IMG/VR virus record: IMGVR_UViG_3300035517_000383
Location: 88,103-152,102 of that record
DNA: 64,000 nucleotides
Direction: 5' to 3' (one strand)
Source: a virus
Taxonomy: Duplodnaviria; Caudoviricetes
Below, one piece after another: positions 10,636 to 25,100 of the stretch. Every line of letters starts with the position of its first letter. Position 1 is the first letter of the stretch. Under the pieces are notes generated by a model. The model was not told the DNA's origin. It did not search any database and saw nothing but the letters and a program-made list of their open reading frames with translations. Position numbers and translations under genes: made by a program.

Positions 10636-13600
10636 TTATTCTATGATATCCTATAATCCATAACTCTAAGAGGAAGACATAGATGAACTAGAATCTAAAT
10701 CTTCTGTACCAACGTAATCTGTATAAGAATTTGAAAGATTAAAGGTATAAGAATTATTCTCGTTAATAGTTGCAATTTCATTAGACCATTGTAAAGCATA
10801 TCCTTTTTCACTACCACTAGGGGTATAACTATAAGAACCTTTTTCTAAAAGCTCTTGAATTAATAAAAATAAACGATAATAATTATCAGAATTCTCATCC
10901 TAAGAAATATGCTATAAACATTGTTTAAAATTCTCATAGCCGTTAATTTGTCCTTTTTTTGGTACATAATTTTTTACTCCAGAATAGGTGGATATAGACC
11001 CAGTTAAGGAAGATATAGAGTGTCTGTGCCGCAAGAGTGCACCCTAGCTATTTTCTAGAAAGAAGTTCAAAGAGTTTCCACTCATATCTTTTAAATTATC
11101 AAAATCAATTTGTAATCCATCTTTAGATAATCTCATGCTAGGATTATTAATTACGATGTTATTAGATAATTCCGTCAAAGCCGTAGAAGTTCCATCACTA
11201 TTTTGAATAGAACCACCTATATAAAGTACACCATCTTTTAATATACTTAATATATTTTCAATACCATTCGATGAAGAAGTGTTGTCTTGGTGGCCGCAAC
11301 AAAAGATTCTTTCATCCGCCTATCCATTTTCAGCACTTAGAGAAGTATTGTTAATATATAAAGCTACTGTCTAATCTTCTTGACTTTGATTAATATTACT
11401 GTTCTATGTCTTGTTTTTAAAATATTGATAGCTGGATAAATTAGAAACATAATAAAGATTCTCGGTTACTTTTTCTGCCTATCCAATGTCTTTTATTTTA
11501 TAGTAAGTAATTCTTGATAAACTCAAATTTTTTGTAATGGAATAAGTATTACTACTATTTTGTCCATTTAAAATATAGCAGCTTGAAACTGTAGAACTTC
11601 TAGTAAATATACTCTGTTCTTTTTCGTTTATATAGCATTTATATGTTTTTGTAAGACTATTATTCTTATCAAAAGTAAAAGTATCATAAGAAAAATAATT
11701 TGAATATAAATCGCTATTCAAAAAGCCCGTAGCAGGATTTTCATTAGTCTCCCAATTCTTATAGGTATAATAATCACTATTTGTTCCATCTGATATTTCA
11801 AAGGTAGTATCAAAAGGAGTTTCATTCTATAAAATATAAGAAATCATCATCAAATAAGGTGTTGAATCCGATTCAAAATCATTAAGCAGATAAACAAGTT
11901 TTTTTGTTGCTCCCTCTTCTGTGCTATATTCTATAGTATCAGTTATATCAGTATAAGTAGAATAGTTTGATTGTTTTATATCAAGAGCGTTAGAATATGA
12001 AAAATATATATTAGTAGATGTAATATTATCTAATATTTTGTTCGTAACAAATATTTCCCCTGTAAGAGATATTTTTGCAGTTTCTTCACTACTTTCTGCT
12101 TGCTACATTTCCAATAATTTCTATCCTTTTAATTTAAGAATTTCATCATCAGTTAAACCTTTAGCTTCATCTTCTGTTAGCTCTACATCGTTAATTGTTA
12201 AAGATGAGTTCGTTGCAGTTGTTGTGCTAAAAATCTTTTTACCTTCACTATTATAGAGATAAAAACCTATATTTCCTGTCGTATCATTTTCTGTAGACAT
12301 TACACCGTTATCTCCTGAGAAGTCATAGCCAGCTCTTAATCTAATAATACCATTTTCTACTAATGATAGGCCTTGTTTATTGAATTTAGCATAATCACTA
12401 AAACTAGATTCATCTTCTGTTGGCTCTCTGTATGCAGTTATACCACTCTTATCCCATAAGAAATATAAGTAATCATTATCAACAATTCTTATTTTTCCTG
12501 CGTCTAAAGTTCCAACTTTAATATAGTCCGCATTTATTCCGCTTGGCCCTACGCCTACATTCCAAGACTGACCACCATTATTAGAAAAGAAAAGTCCTTG
12601 TCCATTTAGTTTGTACTGATTATTATGATTATTAATATCACTGCCGCTCTGTCCAGCTGAATCAATATTAATATTACTTTCTTCTGTATTAATTAATGTT
12701 AAATCATTAGTATCTAAAGTTCCCTATAAACTATCTTGTTGAATGTTTTGAGTTGAAGTAAAATTAGAAGCTCTTTTATACAAATTTTCATTAAAACTTA
12801 AGGACTATACCGTAGCTGTAACCTATTGAAACAAATCCTCAAATTGAGTCGTATAATTTTGCACATTTATAGAATTATTTGTCGGAGTGTCTAAATCTTC
12901 TGTGATTTCAGAAATGATTACTTTTAATTTATTAGGTAATCCTGTTTTTTGATTGATACCAAACATACCTATATCTTCAATATAAGTTGTATCAGCAATT
13001 TCAAATTTATAATCTTCATATTCAGGTAAATCATATAAATCAACTACTGTAATTGAATAGCTAACCTTTGGAATTGCACCTTCTGCGGCGACCTCTTTTG
13101 CTCCAAAATAATAAGCATTATCAGTTAAATAATTACTATCAGTCCAAGTTCCTTCCTTTAGATAGGGTTCGTAATGTTGATAAAAAGCCAAGGATATTCT
13201 ATTTATATCTTTTAAATATTTAGAACGCTGTTTTTTCCAAGCTTGAATTTGTAGATATTCAGCGTTATATTGTCCTAATAATCCTAAAGTATATTTATGG
13301 GTATCTACCCAGTTTTCTTTTATTTGTGTAAAATTAGTATTATTATATTCCAAAAAGTTATCAATTGGAATCTCAGTTGAAATTACTAATTCTTTTAAGA
13401 TAGATGGGTCTAAACAAGAATTGTCACTGGAATAAAAAGTAGACTGAACTAAACCATTCAAAATATTTTTCTGTTCTTTCCATTTTGTAACATAATTTTT
13501 ATAAGTGTCATTCTAAGTATAACTAGTATATTGAGTAGCAATACCTTTATATCTATCCATCTGTTTTTTGATTTTGTTTAGTTCCTTTTGTGCGGTATCA

Positions 13601-16600
13601 ATACCTTCTAAGTTTACAGTAAGATTAGCCTCCAATTCTGTAAAAGACTAATTCTATAAATTAATAATTTTATTAGTTAATTCATCATATTTCGTATTAT
13701 AATACCCAAGTGTTTTTAAATATCCCTTATCATTCTCATTTATTCCATATAAATCTGCCTCTGTTGTGTCTTTATCAAGTAAACCTTTTGAAATATAGTA
13801 AGAAAAATCAATAATGAAACTATCTTTAGAGGGGTTATCTTCTGCTGTTTTTATAGAACATAATCCTGTTGAAGACAAATCACTATCAACATCTTCTACA
13901 TATAATTTTGTTACAATTGAATCACTAGCTAAAGTTCTACTAATATTAGAAAGATTTTTTTCATATCTAAATCCTAATTTATTTTCAGAGCCTTTTTCTG
14001 TTATATAAAAAACCTCTTTAATCATTTTACCGTTATCATCACATTTAATTTTTCCATTGGAATAATGTTCTATATAATAAATTGGATAAACTTCAAAAAC
14101 TTTACTGAGTTCTTGTGTTAAATTAAAACGATTAGATTTTTCTCCATTTAAGGTTCTTATTTTGCGGCAATGCTTCTGAGTTTTAAATAAATAAGGACAA
14201 TATCCATATTTCTAATATAAGCACACTTTATTTGGTTCATCGATACAACCATATTTACAATCAAAAGAATCCCTAGTGTTATCTTCAACATAATAAGAGC
14301 ATTTATTTAAATCAATATAATCTGTAATAATTTCATAATCATCATCTGTGTACTTTGCGGCGCTAAGTGGCAAGGTTGTAGAATCTTCATCTACATCATC
14401 TGAAAGATAAGAAGTTTGCATAAAAGTATCTGCATTTATTGTATCTTTGACCTTTAATTGTTGAACAAAATATCGTAAATAAGAATAGGTATCACCCTCT
14501 ATAACATCATCTTCAAATAAAATATAATTACGAATATTAGATTCGTTGTAACATCCATAATGATAAGATTGCTATCTTTCTGTCTAAATAGAATGAGTTA
14601 CTATAGGAACATATTTAGAGAATAAATCTCTACCACTATATTTAAAATTTCCTTCTTCAAAAAAATCTTGTCCTTTAGTGTATGCTTCAAATAAATAGCA
14701 ATGTTTTATTTGAATTTCTTCTTCTGAGTAAATACAAAAATATGGATTATCAATATTTTTAGAAGGTTTAAAGAGTAGATAATTATTATTTTTATTAAAT
14801 AATATTGTATTATTAGACTCTGCATAATAAGTAAAAGTTAAAATGTTACTTTTTTGCTCTTGTAATCCATAATCACCCTAAGATATTAAAAGACCTTCTC
14901 CAATTTCAATGGTAACATTTTTGTTAGGTGTCTTATTAAATTCAATACCTAAACAATAGATTTTATCTTTTTGAATTGTTTCTTCTTGTCCTGATATTCC
15001 AAAATTAATAAAAGTGTTGTATGCTTTTGTATATTCTTCATTTGTTAATTCAACTGTTGTTGGTGTAAAAGTTAAATAAGAATTCTCAATACCTTCTACT
15101 AAATCACTATCACTTTCGTTAACTTTCTCTTCTATAGTTACTTCTAATTTAGCAGAAGATTCTGTTATATTCGCGCCAGAATATAATTTCATAACTTCCC
15201 AGCCATCTGTAGAAGTTATTTCAATACCATTTTGTACCAAGTTTCTAGCTAGTTGCGGCACAATCTAACGAGTATCTGTTTTTGAACAAACTCTATATCC
15301 GTCGTGACTACCCTGCCAATCATCATTACTATATTTATCTTCATATTCTTTAGAATCATTTTGATATACAGTTACATATTGGTCAATCTCTTCACTAATA
15401 TTAATCTCGGTTCTATCGGTAATTGAAATCTTCTTACCATAGACTACTTCAATATCATTTATACTATCCAAATATCCAGAATATCCAGCGATTCTATTAC
15501 CATGAATCTTCCAGTTATTACTATTGGGAATTGTTATTTCTTTTTTATCAACATCTTCCCATAGATAAACCTAAGAATTTTTATTAAGAGAATTCCATTG
15601 TTCCACCGTCATTATGTAAGAATAATTTTTATTAATAATGACACTAGCTTCATCTATATCGACTTCCGCTCCTGTTGGGATGGCTATGAATTGAATTAGT
15701 GCGGTAGGGTCTACAGATGACGGTGCAATTGCATAAGAAGAAATACCATTGGCATTATAATATGCCGCCTCCTCTGTTGCGGCCAAGCTTGAACCGCTAC
15801 TAGTTGTTATATAACAAAAATCTAAGCAAGAATAGGGTATATAAATATACCCATCGTTCTCTATATTTTCTACTAATTTTTCTGTTAAAGAGAACCCCTT
15901 GTCATGAGAACCATTATCCCAAAAATAACCTAGTTCTCTAGCTTTATCATCACTCATTTCGAGGTTTCTTTTTTTACCAGTAAAAACATTTTTTATACAA
16001 TCTTTTTCTTCAGGAATTTCAAACTCTAATTTATAGCCGCAAATTGAAGAAAATTGGCTTACTGGGATTTTAAACAATTTTTCCTCAGAATACTCAGTAA
16101 AATCACCACTATTATAACTAGAATTATATTCCCAAATACTATCTTCTAAAATTTCTTCTGTAAAAGTGCCAATTTCTTCAACATTATTATATAAATCAGT
16201 ACTAAAAGTAATACCATATCCATTTCTAGAAAGCTCATCTATGAATGCATCTTGACAAGTATAACTATTCATATAGCTTTTAAAATTTTTACTTTCCTAA
16301 ATATTTTTAATATAAAATTCAAGCCACTCATCTTTATATTTTAATTTTAGTTTTCTTTCATTAAAAAGATAGTCAATTAAGTCATTGTGAATGTATTCTC
16401 CCTTTTCACTATCAAAATATTTATCTGGCATTTGAAAAGTAAGAGAATGAGTACCATTTATTTTAGTCTATAATTTTACAGATGTTGCTTTACCGAGATA
16501 AGTCATATCATGTGCTCCAATTATAGCTAATTTCTTTTCAATTTTACTACCATTCTCTCCAAGTATTTCATTCCAAACACTTAACTCGTACTCTTTCTTT

Positions 16601-16611
16601 TTAATTGCCAT
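10636..16611 (-). CDS. large tail-tip/baseplate hub (Tal-like) protein, about 1990 aa, many TAG
   Basis: Seven ORF-track fragments share one frame separated by TAG. Position after Dit. PKVSYSI..VDL and I.DTTYIED..F motifs. Only spot-checked for TAA/TGA. Confidence 0.7.
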
Positions 16612-16623
16612 TCTTTTCACCTC

Positions 16624-19107
16624 TTAATAAAATAGTGGTATATATTTAATCTATAGCTAATTTAATAAATCTGCATATCCCCAGTATAAAGGTGGAAAAT
16701 TATTCCAAATATAATCATTTGCATACCACCACCAATCATCTATATCTCCAATCGGTTGTCCGTTTTCATCTAAGTGATTAACTCTCCAATAATCGGCTAA
16801 AAGCTTTAAATACCCATATTCAGCAGATTCTACTCGTTTTCTTTGAATTTCATATCCTAAACCATAAATGGTATTTTTTACAGTTTGATAATATTCATCC
16901 ATAGTACCATATTTTTCAAAAATAGACTGTCCCTCATACCATCTCCGAAATTGGATATAGTTTTCTATATCATCAGAATAAGTCAAATTATTTAAATATT
17001 TCTTTAGACCAGCCGCACTATAATCTGTTGGTGCGCCGCCCTGCTTATCTGCATATTGTTTAATTTGAAAAACAGATTTAGGACAGTTCTAAGCTATATA
17101 CTCAGTCGCCGCAGCTTTATAGACACTATTAAAATCTTCTCTAAAGGATTCATCTGGAGTACCCCAATAAAATGGTCTTCCATCTAACCATCTTTTGCCG
17201 CCCCATAGGTCTTCATCAACAATAGGACTAATATCAATTAATGACCAACCCGGCGGTATTTTAAACCAATGACCACGTATAATATTGTCATTTAAAATAT
17301 TCTTTGTTGGTTTAAAATTATAGAAATTATCTATTAACTTAGGATTCTCATCTATCCACTTCTCATTATTTTTCCATTCTGGTTCTTCAATATTATACAA
17401 CATTCTTTCTTCTGTGTCAAGAAATAAAGGTACTGTAGTCGAACGATTGGCTATAGGAGTTTTTTCACAGGTGTCTGCGCCGCAACATCCAGAAAGAATT
17501 TCCTTAAAATTCTCGCTACTTATATCAAAATAATCATAAGTATAATAAGAAGGCAATTGGGTATTATTAAACTGAAATTGTCCATAGTCCTAATTTCCAT
17601 TATCTCTTATATATTCTGGAGGATTGTAAATATAGTCATATACAAAATCTTCATAAGTATAATCATCATTAAAGATAGCTAATGACTCATCTTCATCTGA
17701 TAAAATCTAATTAACTTTATTATATTGCTATAATATCGCCTATTCTAAAGTCTGCCAATATAATTCATATTTTTCTTCTTCTGTAATACAAAGATTATAT
17801 AGTTCTTCATATCTATCAGCATATCGCTTGCCTTCTTCATAGTCACATAAGCAATTTGAATTACCATTTTTTAATAGCTAAGACTACCAATAAAAAAGTT
17901 TAATGAAATCTCCTAAATGTTCTTTTGGTATTGGCTCTACTACATATGTATGGTGAGGATGGGATTTTTTTAGGCTTTTATAAATAGGCTCTTTATTATC
18001 TGTTTTACTATTTTCAAGAATAGTAAAATAGCGATTACCATATTTATAATCACTATCATCATCTCTATTGTATGTTTTTAATCCAGTCCAATCTACAGCT
18101 TGTTCAATCGTAAGTCTTTGAACATTATATCTGCTTATTCTAAAAGTATAATTATCTAAATTCTTTCTAAATTCTGAACTTAAATTTCCTAGTCTTAACT
18201 CAAAATCGACAGGTAAATCGCCGGGATTATAAACTAAGATTCTACTACCAATTAATCCATTCTATCTATTTAAACCTGTATCCATATTAATGTAATTGGT
18301 CTTACTATATTGAGGTAGATAAATAAGTTCTTTATCAAAATCAAGAGTTGGCGTAGTTAATAGTTTTGCTGTCCCTTGCCATTCTGGAATATTTTCCCAG
18401 TAATTCCGAACATCAATAATCATTTTATCTTCATTTGTGTTGCTATCTTTAAAATATAGTTCTCCCCATTGAACCTATTCTTTGGATGGATAACCTCCTG
18501 TCCACGGAGTATTCATATTAGGAGCAACATTATAATGGTCTTTTATTAAACCTGTTAATAACTTAGGTTTTTTCTTACGTCTATAAGGGCTATCCTCAAT
18601 TGAATTAGTGATAATCTCTGCTGGTTGTAAGCATTGATAATAGTCAGCCGCGTGCACAACATATTTATTAAATCCAAATGCATATGGAAAATAGCAAATA
18701 AAATTTAAAGTTCCTTCACCTTTATAAACTCTTTCACCGCTGTCTCTATCAGTAAAACAAATGAATTTAAATTCTGGTTTTGCTCTTAATTTTGCTCTAA
18801 AAGTTTTGTATGGCATTTCATCAAAAACTAAATCTTGAAGTTTGTCTGTAGAAAATAACTAAGAAATTTGTCTAAAATTTTGTTCACTTACTTTATTAAA
18901 AGCAACATTTACTGTAAAAGTTCTATTTTTATAAGTCTAGCCAAAATAGTATTGTCCATCTGACCCCGGCACATCAGTTGTGTAATCTGTTGGGTCTGGA
19001 AGTAAATTTTTTTCATATCTGTTACTTGAAGATACAACCACAAGATTTAAGTCAGTTGAATGAATATTACCAAATCTAAAACCTTGAAAATCTTTCGTTT
19101 TTGTCAT
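16624..19107 (-). CDS. distal tail protein (extended Dit-like), 827 aa, many TAG
   Basis: GFRFGNIHSTDLNL..VPGSDGQYYFG*TY..LVFDEMPYK..FICYFPYAF; directly after the tape measure gene. Confidence 0.75.
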
Positions 19108-19121
19108 TATCTCACCCCATA

Positions 19122-19163
19122 TTAAGGAGAGAGTTCCAATTAAGGAACTCTCTTTTTATTTTT
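19122..19163 (-). terminator. hairpin after tape measure gene
   Basis: GAGAGTTCC-AATTAA-GGAACTCTC inverted repeat. Confidence 0.5.
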
Positions 19164-22100
19164 ATTTAGTTAGTATAACCGAAGTTCCAGTAGGTTTTGA
19201 AACATCTACTATATCTTGTTTAACTCTTTCAATCATTTGGTCTACATCATAATCATCTGAAATATTTTCTACATTAATGTGAATTTCAATAGAGGTATCT
19301 CCAATATTTGAAGATACAGCATTAGATGCATTTGAGGTAGAATTGAGAATTGGAAGATTTGCAAGGAGTTGTGCGGCTTGACCTATACGTTCGGTATCTT
19401 GTGCGGAAAGGAAAGCTTCAGGTTTTTGGGGTGTGCCGTCTACCCAAGCTGGACCTGTATAGTCTACAAGACCGCCTGTTTTATATGAACTATAAGATGT
19501 CCTTCTATTCAAATAACCGAGAAGACTTGACCATTTGTGGTGACCAACTTGAGATTCTATTGTACCTTCATCGTTAGAGATATAATTATTTTCTCTAGCC
19601 CAATCCACATTTTTTTTAACTTCTTCCTCTGTATCTCCATATATACACAATTTACTATTAGGGTCACACCATCTAAATGACATAGTAGACTCTCCATTTA
19701 TCATATTATTCCATTTGGTCTCTTTTTCTAAAGTCTGTTTTACATCATTATCAAGAGGAAAAGGTCCCATTTGAACTGAGGGAGAATCTACAACTGTATT
19801 TGTATCTTTATTTTTTGCAGAATCTACATAGTCTCCATTTGAAAGTGTGAAACCCTCTGAATGAGCTTGTCTATCAATCTCATCCCTTTCCATATCTGAT
19901 TTAGCAGTATTGTATGCCCAAGTAAACTCCTCTGCTCTACTAAGATTAGACGACAAACTCTCCTTAGTCATACTGTCGTCACTATCTAACCCATAATCCT
20001 TACTTGAACTGGTACTTGTGCTATCTGTTTCAAGAAGTTCATCATATGCTTCTTGTGCTTTAGTGATAGCATCTACTATATCTTTTGTAGATTGTTCTAA
20101 AGATGAAGTTCCGCTATTTGTTGCAGTTTCCGAAACTCTTTCTTGAACAGAATCAATCTCATTTTGTGAAGCCTCTATTTGACTAGTTAAATCAGTATTT
20201 AAAACTTCATCTGCTAACTATTTAGCAGTAAACAAATCTGTCCAAGAATTTATTTGTTCTTCTAGTTTCGCATCTGACCAAGATTCTGTTTCGGTACTAT
20301 TTTCCATCATCCAAGCAATCATATCGTCTGAACTTTTCCAGTTTGAAATTATAGAGACGGCTTCTGCTGTTAAAGATTCTTCATTTAAAGACAATTCCAT
20401 TAGTTCAAGCTATTGTTCATTTTGTTCTTTCTATTCTTCATATTTTTCTTTCATAGTTTCAAGAATATCATCTACTGTATCATCTAATAATTGTTGTCTA
20501 TCATCTTCAATTTCATCTTGTAAACTTAAAATATTGGCTTGGTTTGCTCCAGAAGTGTCTCTTTGTAAGAGAGATAATTTCTTTTCTTTTTGTGCTAAAT
20601 CATCCCACTGGTTTTGTCTATCTCTTAAATCTCTTTCCTTTTGAATTGCATCTTCTAAGGCATCTAAATATTCATCATTTGCGTCTGCTAATGCGTCATA
20701 TTTATCTTTTGCATTATCTATCTCTTCTTGGTATTTTTCCTTTAAAGTAGAAATAACTTCGTCTTCAATTGCAACAGTATTTTTTAAAGCGTCTTCTTGT
20801 AATTTTTTAATTTCATCGGCTCTTTTCTTTTCCTATTCTAAGTTTTCAGTTTGTACATCTTCATATTTCTATAATTGTTGAATTTGTTCTTCAATCCATT
20901 TCTTAAAATCATCAGAGAACTGTGCTGAATTTATAGCTTCATAATTAGCCATCCATGTTTTAGAAATATCATCATAATACACATAGTCAGACGTATCTGA
21001 GCTAAGTTGATAATTAGGATTCATTGCATTAATTTCATCTATTTTAGATTGTAATCCTGAAGTTAATGCTTCCTAAATATTTTGAATACCCTATTTAGCA
21101 ACATTATTTTCTGCTTGTCTATATGCAGATTCTTGTCGTGCGGCAGTGGTATAATCAGAAAGAGCTTCTGCTATATTCGTATCGGCATCTAGGTTATCAA
21201 GAACATCTTTTGCGTTAGATGCGGCATCTGATAAATTGTTGATTGCAGTTGTATAGTTATATAAGTAATCTAAACTATTTTTATATGTATCTGTACCATA
21301 TAATGCTTCATTTAAAGCTTCTAATTTCTCTGTTAATTCTTCTACTTCATCAGATGTATCAGAGATACTATCTCGTGTATCTGTAAATTTATTGTCTATT
21401 TCTTTAAGTGCCGCAAGTCTTTCTGGTTCAGATAATGCTTCCCATAAAGCATCATCATCGTTTATTAAAGAATCGAGATAATCTACTTGTTCAGATAATT
21501 TATCTATATAATCTGATACATCATTACCATTTAAGGAACTTAGAAAATCTTCTACTGTTGTTGTACTTGTTATCTCGGAAGTATCTTTACCCATTAGTGT
21601 AGCTAAATCTTTCCAAACTGAAAGACGGGCATTATCAATGAGTAATAGGTCTTTTTGCAGGTCTGTTTCATTCTACAATCCTATAAGTGCGTCAAGCTGA
21701 GCTTGAATTTTATCCCTTTCTACAGTAAGTTGTTCTTTTGCAGTTGTAATTAAATAATCTTCACTAGTAATCTATTCTTCAATTCCAGTTTGTAAATCAT
21801 CTGTTCTTAATGTTATGCCATCCTCAGTTATATCTACATAATCTTCAATAGACATATTAACTTCTTCTAATGTTTCCGCTAAATCTCTATATGTTGAATA
21901 TTTTATATTTCCATTTTCTAGCTGCTCTTCTACTGCGTCCTAAACATCTTCTGCTGTCTATACTGCGGTATCGTATATAGTTTCCATTGATTCTTTAAAA
22001 CTTTTAACTGCCGTTTCATTATTAAAATTAAATTCAATAGCTAAATCTTGTTTACCTTCGTTAACAACTTTTTCAAAATAATCAGACCAAAATTCTTCAT

Positions 22101-25100
22101 CATAAGTATCTCCAACACTTTCCTCCACAATAGAAAGGAATTGGTCTTTAAGAGAAGTCATTGTGGATAAATCTAGGTCTTGCCAAGCTATATTATTAAA
22201 AATATTGGAAATTGCATTAGCGTCTAACCCTTGTGTTTCTAAGTTCTTAGCAAGTAAACTGTAAAATTCAGTTGCAGATTTTTCAGACACTCCAGAATCA
22301 ATAGCATTACCAACTGCTGTCGTATAAGAGCTTAATTGTTTTGTATTCCATTTTTGAGACTATGATGTAAGAAGTCCATAATTCTTAGCGTCTTCTTGTG
22401 CCGATTTGAGAGATTCCTCAAAACTACCTAATATATCAGCAATAGCATCTTCCTCTACACCAAGTGTTCCTAAAATGTTATTAAGTTTTTCAAGATTGGC
22501 CTCAGAAGTATCTTCGGCTAATGTTTCATAAGCTTTATTAGCTTCACGATTTTCTCCAATTTTTTCAGCTTTTTCTGTTGCGTCTGTGTCTTGAAAATCA
22601 GATAAATAGATAAGAACATTTGATAATATTTCCGCCTCCGCCGCATCTGTATTATCATCGCCATATTTCTCTTTTATTTCGTCTATTGCTGCTTTTACTG
22701 AACTATCGCCTCCATATAGTTCCTCAAGGGCGCTGTTAAGAATATTTTCGGTTAATTGAATAAATTCTCCTTGCTCATTATAGTACCCCAAACCCTCAAC
22801 TGGACCTTTTATAGTAAAGCCTGCTGTACCATATTCATTGGCATATAATTGAATTTTATTTTCATTTTTGGTGTCACTTTCTACTATATCAAATACTTCA
22901 TCGGCATAATTTTTTTCTTGACTTTCAATTTCTCTTGCCTAAACAGCCGCATAAACCAAAGATTCAAGACTAGAAGAATTAGCATTTATTAATTCATATT
23001 CTTCCTTTAAATTATTAATTCTAGCTTGATGCTATTCGTTTAATGCATCTATATACTCTTGATTATATCCTTCTATCTTAGAATAAGTTGTCTCTAAGTC
23101 AGTATATGATGATAATAATTTTAACAAATCTTCCGCGTCTGTTTGATAGAAAAAATCATTTAGAGAAGAATAACCCATATTAGCCACCTAATCTGAAAGG
23201 AGCTTACGTACCCCCTAAAAATTCCCAGAATTTACAAAATCTTTGTATACTACATTTTCATCTTCTGGACCACTTAATGTGTATTCTCCCCTTAATTTAT
23301 CATAAAAGAAATCTAAATCTAAGTTTCTCTAATAATTACTTGATTCCGTATCATTTAGAATGTCAGATAAGGTGTTTTTTATTATTTCTATATCTTCTAG
23401 ATTTTCTTCAATCTATTCATTGTCGAAAAAATCTTCTGCTATGAAAGTGCCTTGTTCAGATAACTTTGATTCTATTTTTGTAGCTGAAAGTCCAATTAAA
23501 GAAGAGATATTTTTAATCTAATCATTTTTCGCATCTGCTTCATTTAACTGAATAGAAGTTTCACCTTGTACTGCGGCGGCCTTTGCAGATATATCAGCTG
23601 ATTCTTTCTATTGCTCTAAAATCCTATCCCATAATGAAGTCTGTACCTATAACTCTCCAGTAACTTCGTTATAATAAGTTACAACTTCTGGATATTGTTC
23701 TTGAATTTCTTCAACTAAAGAATTATAAGTTTCTTGTTCTTCGGTTGTTAATGTTTGTTTTTTATTTAATTCTTCAAAATTCTTTTTGAGCTTTTTCCCA
23801 GAAGTTACAAGATTTTCAGCTTCTTGTGCCGCAGAATCTAAATTATCAGCTAATTCTTTTGCAGCTTCTGCTGATTCTTTTAATGCAGCGGCCTAATTTT
23901 CCCAAATCTCTTCGTCTGATAAAGAATCCTTAGCGGATGCCCATGCATAAATTAGAACGCCTGCTATAGCAGCTCCCACAAGAGCTATTGCAACAGGACC
24001 ACTTAGAACAGTAACAAGACCTGTTATCATTTTCTCTGCTGCAAAAGATATTATAGATGGTAATGCTGATAAAAGCATGGATTTCCAAATTGTACTAAAA
24101 TCAGAACCAGAAATTGCCATCATTAATCCAGTTGTTATTGCTCCAGAAACAGCATTTGATATAGTTGAAGTTAATGGATTAGTTATTTGCTGTGCTCTGT
24201 CAGCTGTATCACGAAGTTTATCTGAATTCTAACCAGTTCTTATTGCTCTCTCAGCCTCTGCCGCACCAGCCTCCTTTATTTTATTAGCTAATTTCTAATA
24301 TTCAGTAATTTGGTCTGCAACTTCTTGCGTAATTTCACCATTTTCTACTTTTGTTTGAAGAGCGTTTTGTAATATATCTCCCCCTAAAAGGTATTCTCTT
24401 TCTAATCCATTAATTGCTTCCTAAATTTCACTAGGCATCTGAGCATATGTAATCAACATATTTGTTGTTTTTGTCTTTAAATTATCAGTAGTTACTCCAG
24501 CATCTTGTAAAGCTGTTTTAAATTTATTAATTGACGTTTCATCATATGTGGGGGTTATATTAAAATTGAGTTTAAATTTTTTTGTAACTTTATTAAGAGT
24601 ATTTTGTATTCTTAACTGTAATTTATTTACTTCTGTCTATATCTATCTAGTTCCTTGTTGAATTCCTTTTATAAAGTTAGTAATAACACTCTTTCCAAGT
24701 GTCATACCTATTAATCCAATAGATATAAGTTGCTTAGCATCTAATGAACTAATTTTTTCAACAAGCTTTGTAATTCCATCTATAGCGTTCTTAAAAGTAT
24801 CACTCTTTAAAAAACTTTGTCTTAATTCTTCCCATGCTACTTTTAATTTATTAAGTTTATTTTCAATTGTATCTTGATATTTTGCAAATTGTTCTTCTGA
24901 TTTTCCTGCGGAATTCTATGCAGTTTCTACTAGTTCCATGGTTCTGTCATAGTCTTCCATTAACTTTATTTTTTAAAGCTATTCGTTAAATAACTTCCCA
25001 TTTGGCTTATAGTTTCCTATAAGAAAAGGTCATATCTTATCTTTTCAGAAATTCTCCACTTCGGGACACTTATCCCTACAAATGACCGTCGAACCTTCAC